From assembly GCF_009914755.1 (NCBI RefSeq), contig NC_060925.1: 64,000 nucleotides of DNA; one strand, 5' to 3'. The notes under the pieces are model-generated. The model had not been told where the DNA came from. It searched no databases and saw only the letters and a program-made list of their open reading frames with translations. This document shows positions 26,264 through 40,285 of this stretch, one piece after another. How positions within the stretch are numbered: position 1 is the stretch's first letter; every line of letters begins with the position of its first letter. The DNA comes from the human T2T-CHM13v2.0 reference genome, Homo sapiens. The translations under genes and the position numbers were made by a program.

Positions 26264-26723
26264 GTAGGTCGGAGCGTGACACCCCGGTTCCAGGAGGGCG
26301 AGCCGCGCCGACCGAGGTGGTGGAGGAGGAGGACCGGATACGGGGACGCAGCAGGTGGGGCTGGCCGAACAGGTGCGGTTACCTGTTCACGCCTCACCTG
26401 CGAGCCAGGCTGCGGGCCGGTAGCGCGGCTGCAGAGACGAGTGGCCGCTTCGTTGTGCTCCCTGCCTTCGGGAGAGACGGAGTCCCACGCTGAGAGGACC
26501 TCTCCTGTGTGCTGGGGTCATTTGGAGCAAGAGGTGTGGGCGGTCGCGCCGAGACGGTCACCTCTCTTTCCCCCGGGAGTCTCGGCGTTGCACCTGAGCG
26601 TGAGTCCTCGGGGCGGGGCGGGAAAGGGGTTCCGCTTTCCCAGGCTGGCGTCTCGCTCCAGATGAGCGCAACTCCCCTGAGGGTGCCCCCATTTGGTCGC
26701 TCTGTTTTGCCCCCTGCGCTGGC

Positions 26724-26771
26724 GCTGTTGGGAACTATTTTATGCTCTTGGGAACTATTTTATGCTGTTGG
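26724..26771. repeat. 20-bp tandem duplication (2.4 copies)
   Basis: gctgttgggaactattttat gctcttgggaactattttat gctgttgg. Confidence 0.93.
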
Positions 26772-27432
26772 ATACGCGTTGGTTGCCTATAATTTGGTGG
26801 TGGTGTTGGGCGTTGATTTGTTTGAGAAAGAAAGGGCAAGCGTTACCAATTTAAGAAGAAGACTCAAGAGTTTCCCCTGAGCTTAGTTGAGCAGGTGCTG
26901 AGAGGTCAGAAGGGAGGAGGCTCAGTATTGGCTCATTAATCTGTGTGCTCAACTGACTTCCTAAAGTCCATAGATTGCCTTTAGTTAGATGACATTTGTG
27001 GAAAACTTTTTTTTTCTTTGTGGTCAAAAAGACACCCCTCTAAAAGAACAAAACCGACATGTGAACTTCCTTGAATAAATTCACTTCGCCTAAAGACTTC
27101 AAACAAACAAACAAAAAAACACTCCACTGGTAAAAGATAACAGTATGAACATTTTAAATTGTAGATATATAGCCAAATTAAAACAGGCAATTTGTTCAGC
27201 GTATATTAAGAAGACATTACGTAGCATGATTTTTATTAAAAGACAACCTATTTGCAAATGATATAGTAGTCTTTGCAGAACACCCCAGAAATCTTAAAAC
27301 AGATTTATCTTTATCAGATGGTTCTGTCCCCTAAACCTAGGTGTAGGAGTGAGGATGGAAAAGAAGTCAAACTGCAGTGTAATTTTTTAAACAATTCCAG
27401 TACCCTCTATGTGTACAGGCTACACCTCCTGA

Positions 27433-27753
<321 letters not shown>

Positions 27754-29799
27754 TGAATTGTGGGTGCCGAGGTGACTTTCTTTTTCTCCTGGCTTTCCTT
27801 GTCAGCAGCTCTACTCAGAGAATATAAAGTGACAGCCAACCCCCAAGGTAATTGGGCCTGTGTAATTTTAGAATATAAGCCCTAACATGTCTGATATTTC
27901 TGTAAGCTAAAAAGAGGTCTCTTGAATGGGGGTGATGTTGTCATTGAGTGCACCCTTGGGTCATGGCACTTTCCTTATACTTAGTATCCCCAACAACATT
28001 TTTAAATCTGCATGTCGGAATTAAGTTTACCATTCTTTGAAATGTGTTCTCTTTTTCCTCAATTGGTAAGGTGTTCCAACATGTTCAGCCTATTATGAAT
28101 CTTTTCACATTTTGAATGATTTCATTTGACTAGTTGAGATTTGCTTTTTTAAACCTCTTCTCTACCACTATCACCATTTCCCATTGCTATTTTAATTTTC
28201 AGAATCCTCAGAGTGAAAACACCAACAGTAAGTAAAATGAAAAGGGGCTTAATAAAACTTAAAGGATACTAAGCCTTCCAAGTTTTTTAGACTAATCCAT
28301 GTATTTTCCTGTAGTGGCCTGAAATTTGTTATTTTTTGTTGTTTTCTGAAGTTTAAGGGGAAAAATATTTTACAATTTAGAACATCCTTGTTTTAGCCAA
28401 TGTTTTTCTTATAAACAAGGGTTTTTGTTTTTGTATTTTAGTTTTCAAATTCTTCTAATAGTACCTGAGTATTTTATGTTTTCTGGACTTTTTACTATTC
28501 ATAGCCTGTTTAACCTAATCCCGGATTTTCATTTGGTGTCTCTAAAGTTGAATTCTCTAATTTTACTCTTATTTCTCCTTCCCAGCATCCTTCTACCACA
28601 CCCTGATATTATTAGAAATGAATGCATTCTGATTCTGTCATGTTATTACACACTTGGTGGCATGATTTGCATTGCCTTGCATGGAGCAGGTTCTCCACTG
28701 CTATCCTGACTCCCAGAGCACTGGGTACATCAGCAAACAGTTCAGACCTGTGACCATTCAAGAGGAATTTGGGAGACCCAGTTATAGTGTAGAATTTATT
28801 TAACCATTTGTAAAATACCTTCTAATTTGTGTCATATCTGTTTTCATATTGCTGCCTTTTATTGCTATTGCCTACTTTCATTTTATTCCCCATCTGTATT
28901 TTCTAAACTTCCTACATGCCTTTATTATGACTTAATTTCTCTGGTGTTTAAAATAATGCCTTTGGCAGACATAATAACCTATTTTTCTTTTTCTGATCAT
29001 TAAGGTTGATCTTAAGTAAAATTAGGCCTAGCTCCAATCACTGATCTCTCTCCTAAGTTCTTATCACTGTGGTTCATTTAGAAATTGAACAAAGGGTAAC
29101 AATAAACTCCCTGTTCTATGACTGCCTTTCCTTTAGGATTCTACTCAATTGCCACACAATTTACATTTACTCCTTCAGTGCTGCTGTGAACCTGAGTAAA
29201 GGAAATGAATAAAAATGAGTTGTCAGGGCTTCAACCTTGACCTTTCCTTTTTGCCTTTCTGACCTTTTTGCTGCTTTTGATATGGGTCATGTGATTCTGC
29301 TTGTTTCTTTCTAGACTGTATATATTTAAACTTCATCTCTTGCTTTTTTTAAATTTCAGAATCCCTTTAAATTCTTTCTTCTCATCTGTCATCCTGTGAC
29401 CATTTCCAGGGCTCCATTCTGCAATGCCTATTCTTCAGCTAACAAGCACAGCATATTTCACAGACGCTGCCAGCTGCACAGCTTCTATTTCTCTTCCGTA
29501 TCCAGCTCCATGCAGGTGACTGAGATCTTCCTCTGCTCATCTCTCATGGAGACCACATTCTTTATTGTTGAGTAGCATATTCCTTTTGATTTCTTCTCAG
29601 GTAGCAGATTTAAGAGCATATTCAAACTTTCCTTATTTTCTTCTGTCAAATTCCTTTTCAGCATTTTGAAACTTTTCTCTTTTCAAAATCTCTTGCAAAT
29701 TACAAGCAAGAGTTCTTCAAGGTTTTACCTAAGAGAACAAACTTCATAGACTGACAGGCCTGATTCTGAACGCTGTGCCATCACTTTGGATGAGTTGTG

Positions 29800-30245
29800 G
29801 ATTAGTTAAAATTAGTTGCCAGCTACAGAGACTGCAAAGAACAATGGCTTAGTCAAAATGATGCTTGTTTCTCTTTCACATTAAACAAACTTGCAGAGAG
29901 GCATTCTATGGCTGGTATGATGGTTCTACAGTCTTCTGAGAACTAGGCTGATTCTACTTTTTGGATTATCTACCATATATAAGATGAGGCCCTCAGCTTC
30001 ATGATCCCAAGATGGAGCTTCAGCCATCACCCCCAAGTTCCAAGTAGCAGAAAGGAGGAAAGAAGGAAAAAGGAAGGAGGGGAAAGGCAAGAGCCCATGG
30101 TCTCTGAAGGAAAATTCCTGGATGCTGTCATATACTTCTTGTTATATGTCATTGCCTAGAACTTAGTAACATGACCTCAGGTAGCTGGAATAGAGACTGG
30201 GAAATACTATCCTTATTCCAGACAGTCTTATTCCTAGCTAAATAA
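29800..30245. mobile_element. Ancient MaLR/ERVL LTR (MLT1J/LTR33-like)
   Basis: acaatggcttag...tttctctttcaca...cccaagatgg...cattgcctagaacttagtaacatg pattern. Confidence 0.45.
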
Positions 30246-31296
30246 AAAAAAGTGGGAGGCTCAAATCCTTAGAAAAAAGTGGGGAATTTTGGAGGTATCC
30301 AAACACCATAGCTATCCTAAATCTCTTTTTTCTTGACTAGTATTGTCTTTCTCACAGGAGTCTTAGGATTAAAATAAATGTTATACATTAACATATCTAA
30401 TATAGTGTCTGGCGTAAAACATGCTTTCAGTAAATCCTGTTTATATTCCTCCTTACTTCTTTTCCTTTAATTGTCTAGTTTCCCTGCTACAACATCACTG
30501 GCCCCCAAATCCTATTAATATTTTAAATACTTGGGCATTTACCCCACTTGGTGTTACGAGACTGCTGTGTTGTACCTTGTCATGGGAGGAGATGAGGTTT
30601 TTGAGTGTCAGGGAGCAAGACGTTATTACTCAATGTCAGCATTTATTCTTAGCCTAAAAACATGGCATGTGAAATCAAATAGATCTGGACATAAATCCTC
30701 CCTCAGTATGCAACCATAGTCTCTCTCTCTCTCTCTCTGTTTTTTTACCTGTGAACTGGATAATAACTGACCATTAGAATTGAAAGAAAAAAAGTATATA
30801 AAGTGCTTAATACTGTCCTCAGTAAAGTGGTAGCTTTTCTTTTTTAATTTGGCCTAACTTGTGTGAGCCTTTTCAAAAATCAGTACTTATTCTATTTTTC
30901 AGAAAGTTATAAAATTATCTCTAAAATCAGTTTATCACCCAAGTGACAGCAAAATTTTTTCTATATATTTTGTTATAAAATAACAAAATATGGAATGGTT
31001 AATGATACAGAATGGTTAAGCCTTAACCTTCCTCAGCCTTGAATTATTTTTGGCTGACCCACTCTCAGAAGCTAAACCTTACCACCATTTAATTTATTTC
31101 ACAGTATTTTTTTTTTCAGTAGCTATTAAGCATATAGTTTGTGCCAGGCACTGTACTATATTCTGGGGATGCAATGATGATGAGCAAAAATGCACATGGT
31201 CCCCACCCTCGTGGAGATCTGGGACCATACTGGGGAGGACAGGTGAATCACTCACTCACTGCAAACAGATGAGAAGTTGTCACTGTGAGGTTGTTA

Positions 31297-31690
<394 letters not shown>

Positions 31691-32472
31691 CTAATTCTTT
31701 TACAGTTTATTTGGGCTATATTAGCAAACTTTAAATACAGATGCTGTCTTGATACGACAAGCAGATGCATCTGAGACAGGGCACTGTAAAGTAGGATATT
31801 TTTGTAGAGGGCCAGAGGGTTGATCTGCATCATCCTTAGCAAATGGAATTTGAAACCATATGGCTGAATGAAGAAAGACTGTTGGCAAAAAATCAGTAGC
31901 GCATAAAGCAGCAGTGGAAAATGACCACAGGATGGGAAGTATGAGCAGTATGTTTCAGAGGGTTGGGTGACTGGACTATGCATGGGATGGCCTTCTCAAA
32001 GCGGGTGGACAACCCCAACGGCCAGTCCCTCCGTACCTTTCCATTTTGCACAGACAGGAACCAGCATGGCAGGGGGTGCTATTGACAGGTGCTTTGGGAG
32101 GTGCCGTTTCTCCTTGCCGTGTCCTGCTGAGCTATTAGGGGAGTTTGTGGGGAAACAATGCCTCTCTAATCCCTGTAACAGCCTTGGAGGATGGCAGGGA
32201 GCACTCTACTTACATGCATCTTCCACGTATTGTGGTATTTTCCATGTATTGTGGTATGGCGTGACTGAGCCTTGGGGGTTGAGCCATCAGCCATTGCACT
32301 GAAGAATGTTTCTTGCTCTGAGTGGACAAATTTAAGATAAATTCTGTTCATCTAAAGATTTTAATTTCATTTCTTTTAACAAAACTGAGTTTATTCCTGG
32401 CCCTATTTCAATGCTAAAATAAGCAGTCCTAAGCTAAGCAATGACTTGTCTTTCAGAAGCATTTCTGAATCA

Positions 32473-33072
32473 TGTAGGGAAGTTTAAATTTTTCCCTGAA
32501 GGTTTGATAATTTGAGTCTATGAAACAAAGTGATAATAGCTTCACAGGAAAAAAAGCCTGATAAATTTTATTATGTGCACATGTATGCACAGGAGTCATA
32601 TAAAATATTTTAAAAACTCAAAGAAATGGCCAGATGGTTAATGCTTATATACCATCTTGAGGTAACAGAAAGAACAGGGGCTGAGAGCATGGCCAAAAAC
32701 AGGTAATGGTGGTAAATCAGGTTATGGTGGCAAGACAGGTTATGGGAAGGAGAGAAGAGGAGGCCTGGCTAGCAAAGGTGGTCTTGTTATCTAGATGATC
32801 CTCTCTGGTAGCAGCCCTCAGATAGAATAGATGGTAAATGTTTCTTTCAGACCTTTAAAGCTGTCAGATTCTCAGTTAATCTTTCCTAGATCCAGACAGA
32901 CAAGGTGGGGCCTCAGAGAAAGCCTGGCTGCATCAGTGCAGATACTCTACAGACACAAATCTCCCGAACAAATGACAGCTTTACTGGCCTACTTCTGTTT
33001 TGCCCTCCGAACAGCCATCTCAAAATATGTCAAAGAAGTATATTTTGGGGTGCAATATTTTGGTTTCCTTCA
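32473..33072 (-). mobile_element. MER39/MER34-family ERV1 solo LTR
   Basis: TG...CA termini, perfect 4-bp TSD atca; reverse strand starts tgaaggaaaccaaaatattgcaccccaaaatatacttctttgacatattttgagatggc. Confidence 0.8.
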
Positions 33073-33259
33073 ATCATAATGCAGTTTCTCAGAGGCCTAG
33101 TGTTGTGTGTGGTGGTCAGGTTCGCAGGCAATCCCAAGAGAGTTTATGTTGGCCAGTGGTGCCCTAAGGTGCCAGAGTCTTTCACCCTCCCTTTTCCTGG
33201 AATGACCTTGTAACTTGGACTTCCTGCTTCAGATTTGCCTGGGTATTTGCAGTTCCTCC

Positions 33260-33620
33260 CTCAGTGGCACACCAAGCTCCTTCCTACCTTAGGGGCTTCT
33301 CAGTTGCTGTTCTTTCTGCCTGGAATGCTCTTCCTTTATAAATTTCCATGACTACTTTCTTCTCAAGAGTCAGCTCAAATGTGTCCTCAGAAATACGTTC
33401 CCTGGCCACCTTAGGTAAAGTACCCATACCCCCTACCCATGTTCCCGTCATAGTCTTTCAAACCTTGGTTTATTGTTTGTTTGCTTGTTTATGCTCTATT
33501 CCCCTCACCCCCACCAGAATATAAGTTCTGTGAAAGCAAGAACTTTGTCTCCCTTGTTTAACTGCTCTTAAGCCTGGTGTGTAGTAAACGTGCCAAAACC
33601 GCTGCATGTGATAGTGGGTG
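33260..33620 (+). mobile_element. L2 3' fragment
   Basis: gctgttctttctgcctggaatgctcttcc...cagctcaaatgt...ccagaatataagttctgtgaaagcaag. Confidence 0.65.
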
Positions 33621-33636
33621 AATAATATTACCTCAT

Positions 33637-33997
33637 TGATATAGTTTGGCTGTGTCCCCACCCAAATCTCATCTTGAATTGTAGTTCACATAGTCCCCAC
33701 GTGTCGTGGGAGGGACTGGATGGAGATAATTGAATCATGGGGGCAGTTTCCCCCATCCTGTTCTTGTGATTGTGAGCTAGTTCTCACAAGATCTGATGGT
33801 GTTATAAGGGGCTTCCCTCTTCACTGGGCACTCATTCTGTCTCCTGGCACCCTGTGAAGAGATGCCTTCCATCATGATTGTAAGTCTCCTGAGGCCCACC
33901 CAAAGCCATGCAGAACTGCGAGTCATTTAAACCTCTTTCCTTTATAAATTACCCAGTCTTGAGTATGTCTTCATTAGTGTGAGAATGGACTAATACA
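33637..33997 (+). mobile_element. THE1 (THE1C/D) MaLR solo LTR
   Basis: tgatatagtttggctgtgtccccacccaaatctcatcttgaattgtag...gactaataca. Confidence 0.88.
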
Positions 33998-35761
33998 CCA
34001 ATTAGTCATAAAATGGGGATAATAATGTCCATGCCACCTACCTCACAGAACAAATGAGGGCCTGGAGTTAGTGGATTGAAGATACTTTCCTCAGAATTTG
34101 CTGTTCACCTTTAGATTCTGTATTTTTGCCAACAGCAATACTATTTACCCAGTTATGTATCCCAAGTTTCTTGGAACTCACTCTGGGCTTCTCCTTGCTT
34201 TATTCTCCCTACAGTCCTCTTAAAGGATTGGTAACCAATTTGTCTAGAGTCTATAGCCTTCAGGTCCTTCTATCAGTGCCCTTCCTCTACAGCCCCTTTC
34301 CTGCCGTGAGTCTTCCAGGAACACTGCCAGTTATCTTCTAACTGATAATGATTTTGTAGTCTTGAGCATAGTCTATCTGCCAGCATCACCTACAAATTTA
34401 TTGTCCACACTGCAGAAAGTAATCTTTCTAAAAGACAAATCTCATCCCATAATTGCCTGGGTTTAATAACCCTTTAATGGCTCCCTATGCCCCAGGATTA
34501 AGTCCAAACACCATGGTGTGGCATGTGAGAAAGTCTTCCTTTGTCTGGCTTCTGCAGCTCTTCAGCTTCATCTCTTGCCACTCTGTCATCTCTGTGTCCC
34601 CAGTGCATGTCCCATGGACACAGTGTGCAGTCATACCCCCATACACCAGCTGTCCTAAACTATTTGCAATACAGGGAGGAAGGTTCTAGATAGCCAGATG
34701 GCTTCATTCCGTAGCTTTGTTCCTTCCCTCTGTTTGGGATCCTCTTGACAAGCACAGAACCATCTTTCTAGGCTCCATTAAAGCATACCTTTTCTGAAAG
34801 ACCCTTCCTGACACCTTCTGTCTGCCTCTCACCCCCACAGCTCCTCATTCCCTCTTCTGTGCTGCTTCTAAGCTATACCTATCATAGTACCTAGGCTAGA
34901 GAACAGCTTGGCCTCCTCCTGGATGCTTCTTCATGAAAAATAATATATTTTGTTCATTTCCTGGGATTCCTGGGCCAGACTTCGTACATGGCATACCGTG
35001 GGCATGCAGTGGATATCCAGGAGAGAATTAGGGAATACAATTAGCATAATTATTACCTAGTCTAGGGTTTCATTTCAATAACGTACTTTTGACTGGTATT
35101 TGCATAAAATTTTAAAGAATATCTCCTTGAAGGTTGGAAGTAACAAGGTACATTATACATGCTGTTGATAGGTATCAGTTGAATAGCTAAAGTACTTTGT
35201 CTATGAGCTAGTGTTTATTGAACATTTACTGTTTTCAGAGTTCCAGATTTAGCAACTTGTAGGGGATGCTTGAAATGGCTTTTGTACTTCAATGAAATAA
35301 TCCTGACTTTGGCTTTCTATTAGAAGTCAAAATTTTACGTGGTTAACACAGGCTCTTCTTGGCTTTCAAGTAGTTTATAACAGTATCTCTGAATGTTTTT
35401 GAGTATCCTCTAAAACGATTTTGAAAAACGACTTGTTCTCATATATTTTTAAAGTTAATGTCTGAAATTTTTCATCATAATTTTGAATAGTTGCAGACAG
35501 TCACATTTCTATTATAACTATTGGGTTTTAAAAATCACTCTTTTAAATGTACCCAATGGAAGTTAAATTAAATACCAAAGTGATTTGATATCTCACATCA
35601 TCCGTTTAAGAAACGTATAAATAAGCTCTTTTAGAAAAGTCAGGAATTTTACGTAGATCTTTTTTCTCATGGAACTCATTTTATTCCTCTTCTGTAAAAC
35701 TTAATCCCAGTGTAACACTGTTATGATTGAAAGTTTTTCATTATCATGTCTTTTGTGACAT

Positions 35762-35788
35762 ACACACACACACACACACACACACACT
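35762..35788. repeat. (AC)13 microsatellite
   Basis: Direct reading. Confidence 0.9.
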
Positions 35789-36638
35789 CAGTATACTTGT
35801 TTTTTAAAAAGTGCTTGTGACAATAAGGCTCTAAATGTTGAAAAACATTTCTTTTGAATTGTTATTATGATTTTTCACTAGTACACGATTGACCAGAACA
35901 ACACGTGTAATCAAAGCAAGTGTTTCTTTTTAAATGGAAGTGCTTAAGAAATCTTGCCATATAAATATATGGGAATGAAGTCAGTATAATTCCATTCTAT
36001 CTTCTAAACCCCTGAGTTATATGCCCAAAGATATCTAGTGATTTATCACAGAAACGATTTTTCAATGTTCTGTTGCTTGACATTTGATTAGGTCTTCCTC
36101 CAGTGTTGATCTAAGCAAAGAAATAGAAACTTTACTCTGACTCCCAAAAGGATTTTTCTCAGGCCTGAAAGTCTTTCACTTTGTCAGTATCTGTAATCCT
36201 ATGGGTATTTCAAAATGGCCTTCTGCTTGGGGCCTGGAGATTTTTACACCCCAAGGCAATGCACCATAAGTGGACTCCTGAGAAATAAGATGTTTGCCTT
36301 TCTTTTTTGCTGCAGTAAAAGGGTGAATTTGAAAAGGGGAAAAAGAATATGGCTGGAAAGAGCCAGCAGAAGGGCAGTATGTATTTTTAAGGAGGTCCTC
36401 TTAGGCAGGGTTAATTGAGTTAGAAGTAGATTCCACCACATTGTCAATTACTCCCAATAAGACTCCCAAAACCCCATACCCCAGCTTGAAGATCACTGGT
36501 TTGGATGCTAAAGAAAATTTTTCAGTCAAATTAGCTATCAACTGTTAGGTCCCTAATAGGCCCATTTAAAGATTCCCCCTTGGTGTACACAGGGATATCC
36601 GATAGGGAAAGAGCATGGTTAGAACATATCACTCTTTT

Positions 36639-36795
36639 GGACCCAGGCATGGTGGCTGGAGCCTGTAATCCCAGCTACTCAGGAGACTGAGGTGGAAGGA
36701 TGCAGTGAGTTACGATAGCACCACTGCACTCCAGCGAAGGTGACAAGCAGCGAAGAGCAAGACCCTCTTTTATAAAAACAACAATAACAAAAAAG
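36639..36795 (+). mobile_element. Alu monomer (FLAM/FAM-like) with internal deletion
   Basis: ccaggcatggtggctggagcctgtaatcccagctactc...ccactgcactccagc...agcaagaccc plus A-rich tail. Confidence 0.75.
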
Positions 36796-38568
36796 AACAT
36801 CACCTTTATAAATATACCTAGTAGAAACTAATTTGATACCAAATTGATTTAATTACCGTCATCCATTTTAAGAATGTACAAACTCACCTAGAATAGTAAG
36901 AAATTGTACACAATTCTTTGATACCCATTATTAGACTAGATACAAAAAGAACATTAGTTAAAGATAACCAGCCGCTTGACTGACAGTCATCTGGGTGAGT
37001 GAGTGACTGGTTTCTAAGAACAAGTCTTAATCCCACTGGAAAAAAAAATGCTTAAGCATTTTATCAAGAAAGCTAATTTCTTGGAAGAGTTTGTGAATTC
37101 CAGCATGCAAGAAGGTTTGGTCCTAAGCTAGATTTGGGATTTTTTTTTTCTTTACAAATAAATGCAATTGAGAGGGAGAGGACAACAGTTTGGAGTTGGG
37201 CCTGGCCATCACCTTACTGAGTTCGGAGCCTTTCCTGGGGCCCTCTGGGTTTCTGGATGTTCTGTTCCTGTGTAAGAGGGTACTGTATAGCTGTCCGCTG
37301 CTCTCTTGCCTTCATATAGCAAAACAACTTGTAGCAAATCTCTGCAGAAACCCCCACCCAACACATCACTTACTATGATAGACATTTGCCCATCAATGCT
37401 AACATATTAAGTGTTTATATTCACATTTATTCTCCTGATGACCTGCAGTAGAGGGGACAAGCATTATCCCCATGATACAAACATGGAAACTGAGTTCCTC
37501 AGGGGATATGTGGCTTATGTAAGTGAACCACAAAGTTACCAGCAGATATGGCACTCGAATCCTGATAAAGCAGCTTTTTCTATAATTATTGCCTGGCTCC
37601 TTTTCACAGGTGTATTATTTTAGAAAAATCTCTAAGGATTGGGAAACTTGCCTTAAAGTGATAGTATGAAGATTGAGATAGATAATTTCATAAAATACCT
37701 AGTAGAGTGCATGGCTCTTAGCAGGCCCTAGAGTTTTCATTCAATACATTTTTTTGAGCAGCTAATATGTGTCAGGCACTGTTTACAGGCACAGGGAATA
37801 AATCCAACAGAGAAAACAGAAAAAACCCTTTTTGCATGAAGCATATATGCTAGAGGAGGGGAAATAAGCAAATGCAAGGTGTAATGTCATGCAATAAAGT
37901 GCTATGAAGAACAGTAAAACAGAGTGAAGGACTAGAGAATGGTTCTTGTTGGGGATTAGGTAGTATACAATCAGGGACAGCATTTCTGGGGTGGGCAGTT
38001 TTGATACCGAGTATGATGCTCACCTGAGTCTGAGTTCAAACTTTGAGTTTATTTGAGTAAGCTGATTCGAGTCATGGTATTCCAAGTTGTGTGAAAGAAA
38101 CCTCAGAGGGTACTTTTAATTTTTAACTTTTTTATATTATAGATATACTTGAAGGTCTTTCCCAGAATACACACATACTCATGTGTGTACAATTTCAACA
38201 TGCCTTGAAATCATCCTTAGAATCCTCAAGCTCATACCCCTGTTCTATTTCAGTCATTCTTTTAACTGGTAAGATACTAAGATTGAGAAAGGCAAAGTAA
38301 AAATTTTCCACTGTGTCACAACTAATTAGTGACTGAATCAAGGACCTAAGATTATCACAAAGTCATTTATTGCTTTTTCTATTGAAATGTGTAAGTAACA
38401 CCAGGTCTGGTAGGGGAGGCTTGAGGCTTGAGTTCAAGGCTGTGGCACTACGATCATGCTATAAATAGCCACTGCATTTCAGCCTGGGCAACATAGCAAG
38501 ACCCTGTCGCTTAAGAACAAAATGTGCAAGTAGCTAGAGTGTTTCTCCTGATTATTTTGTGTATGCAT

Positions 38569-39256
<688 letters not shown>

Positions 39257-39348
39257 TGCATCATTTTTATTTACACAGAGTAAAACCTCCCCAAGTATGT
39301 GGCTGGTAAGGCTCCTTGTCCTGTTTACTCTGAAAGAAACTTCACTCT

Positions 39349-39429
39349 GAAAGAGCATGGTTAGAACATACCACTCTTTTGGACCCAGGCATGGTGGCTG
39401 GAGCCTGTAATCCCAGCTACTCAGGAGAC
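39349..39429 (+). repeat. 81-bp dispersed duplicate of 36607-36687
   Basis: 80/81 identical by direct comparison. Confidence 0.95.
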
Positions 39430-39942
39430 CAGTATCACAAGATAAAGAACATTTCAGGTATTCCAAATGTCCTAGAAAATTATGAGCAAGGAGAACTCTG
39501 GCTGGTGGCAGGACAGAAAAAAAGCAAAATAAGAAACAGAGGTCTTGAAGTGGGAAGATTTCTCTTTCCTTATAGATGAAATTTTGGCATGGCAAAGAAC
39601 AGTTAGGAACTGATAGTGCCTTTGAAGGTCTGAACCAGTAGACAGGAGAGAATGTTCCTCTTTCTTTCATAGAAGCAGTGACTCCCTTAGAGTGAAGTGA
39701 CTGTCATCCCCCACCCCAACCCCAGTGATTTCCTTTGGGGACATTTTATACAGAGACTTGGAAGATAAACTTGTCACTTTTAGGGAAATACTCATTGTAG
39801 TAAGTTATCTTCCCAACCACACTTCCTTAACGGATGTGTCAACTTTTAGTACTACAAAGTAACTAAATATTTTAAGTAGCAGTCATCCACACTGCAGCAT
39901 GAGTATGTCATTTCCAAAACTAGATGCTGTTTAAAGGTTTAA

Positions 39943-40285
<343 letters not shown>

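Larger units (their letters stand above)
25490..26720. promoter_or_regulatory. CpG island promoter
   Basis: Abrupt GC and CpG enrichment; E-box CACGTG 25580-25585, AP-1 TGAGTCA 25830-25836, GC box 26008-26013, inverted CCAAT 26070-26074, half-CRE CGTCA 26091-26095, YY1-like ATGGC cores at 25770-25800. Confidence 0.92.

Noticed and set aside
25829-26665. 278-aa ORF and overlapping 98-177 aa ORFs in the CpG island
   Set aside because: Mostly non-ATG starts, low complexity (Ser/Ala/Gly/Arg/Pro), open in several frames on both strands, and the longest crosses the exon-1 donor; expected from stop-codon depletion in GC-rich DNA.
32063-32081. CTCF-like agcatggcagggggtgcta
   Set aside because: Only the 3' half fits; the conserved CCA(C/G) part is absent.
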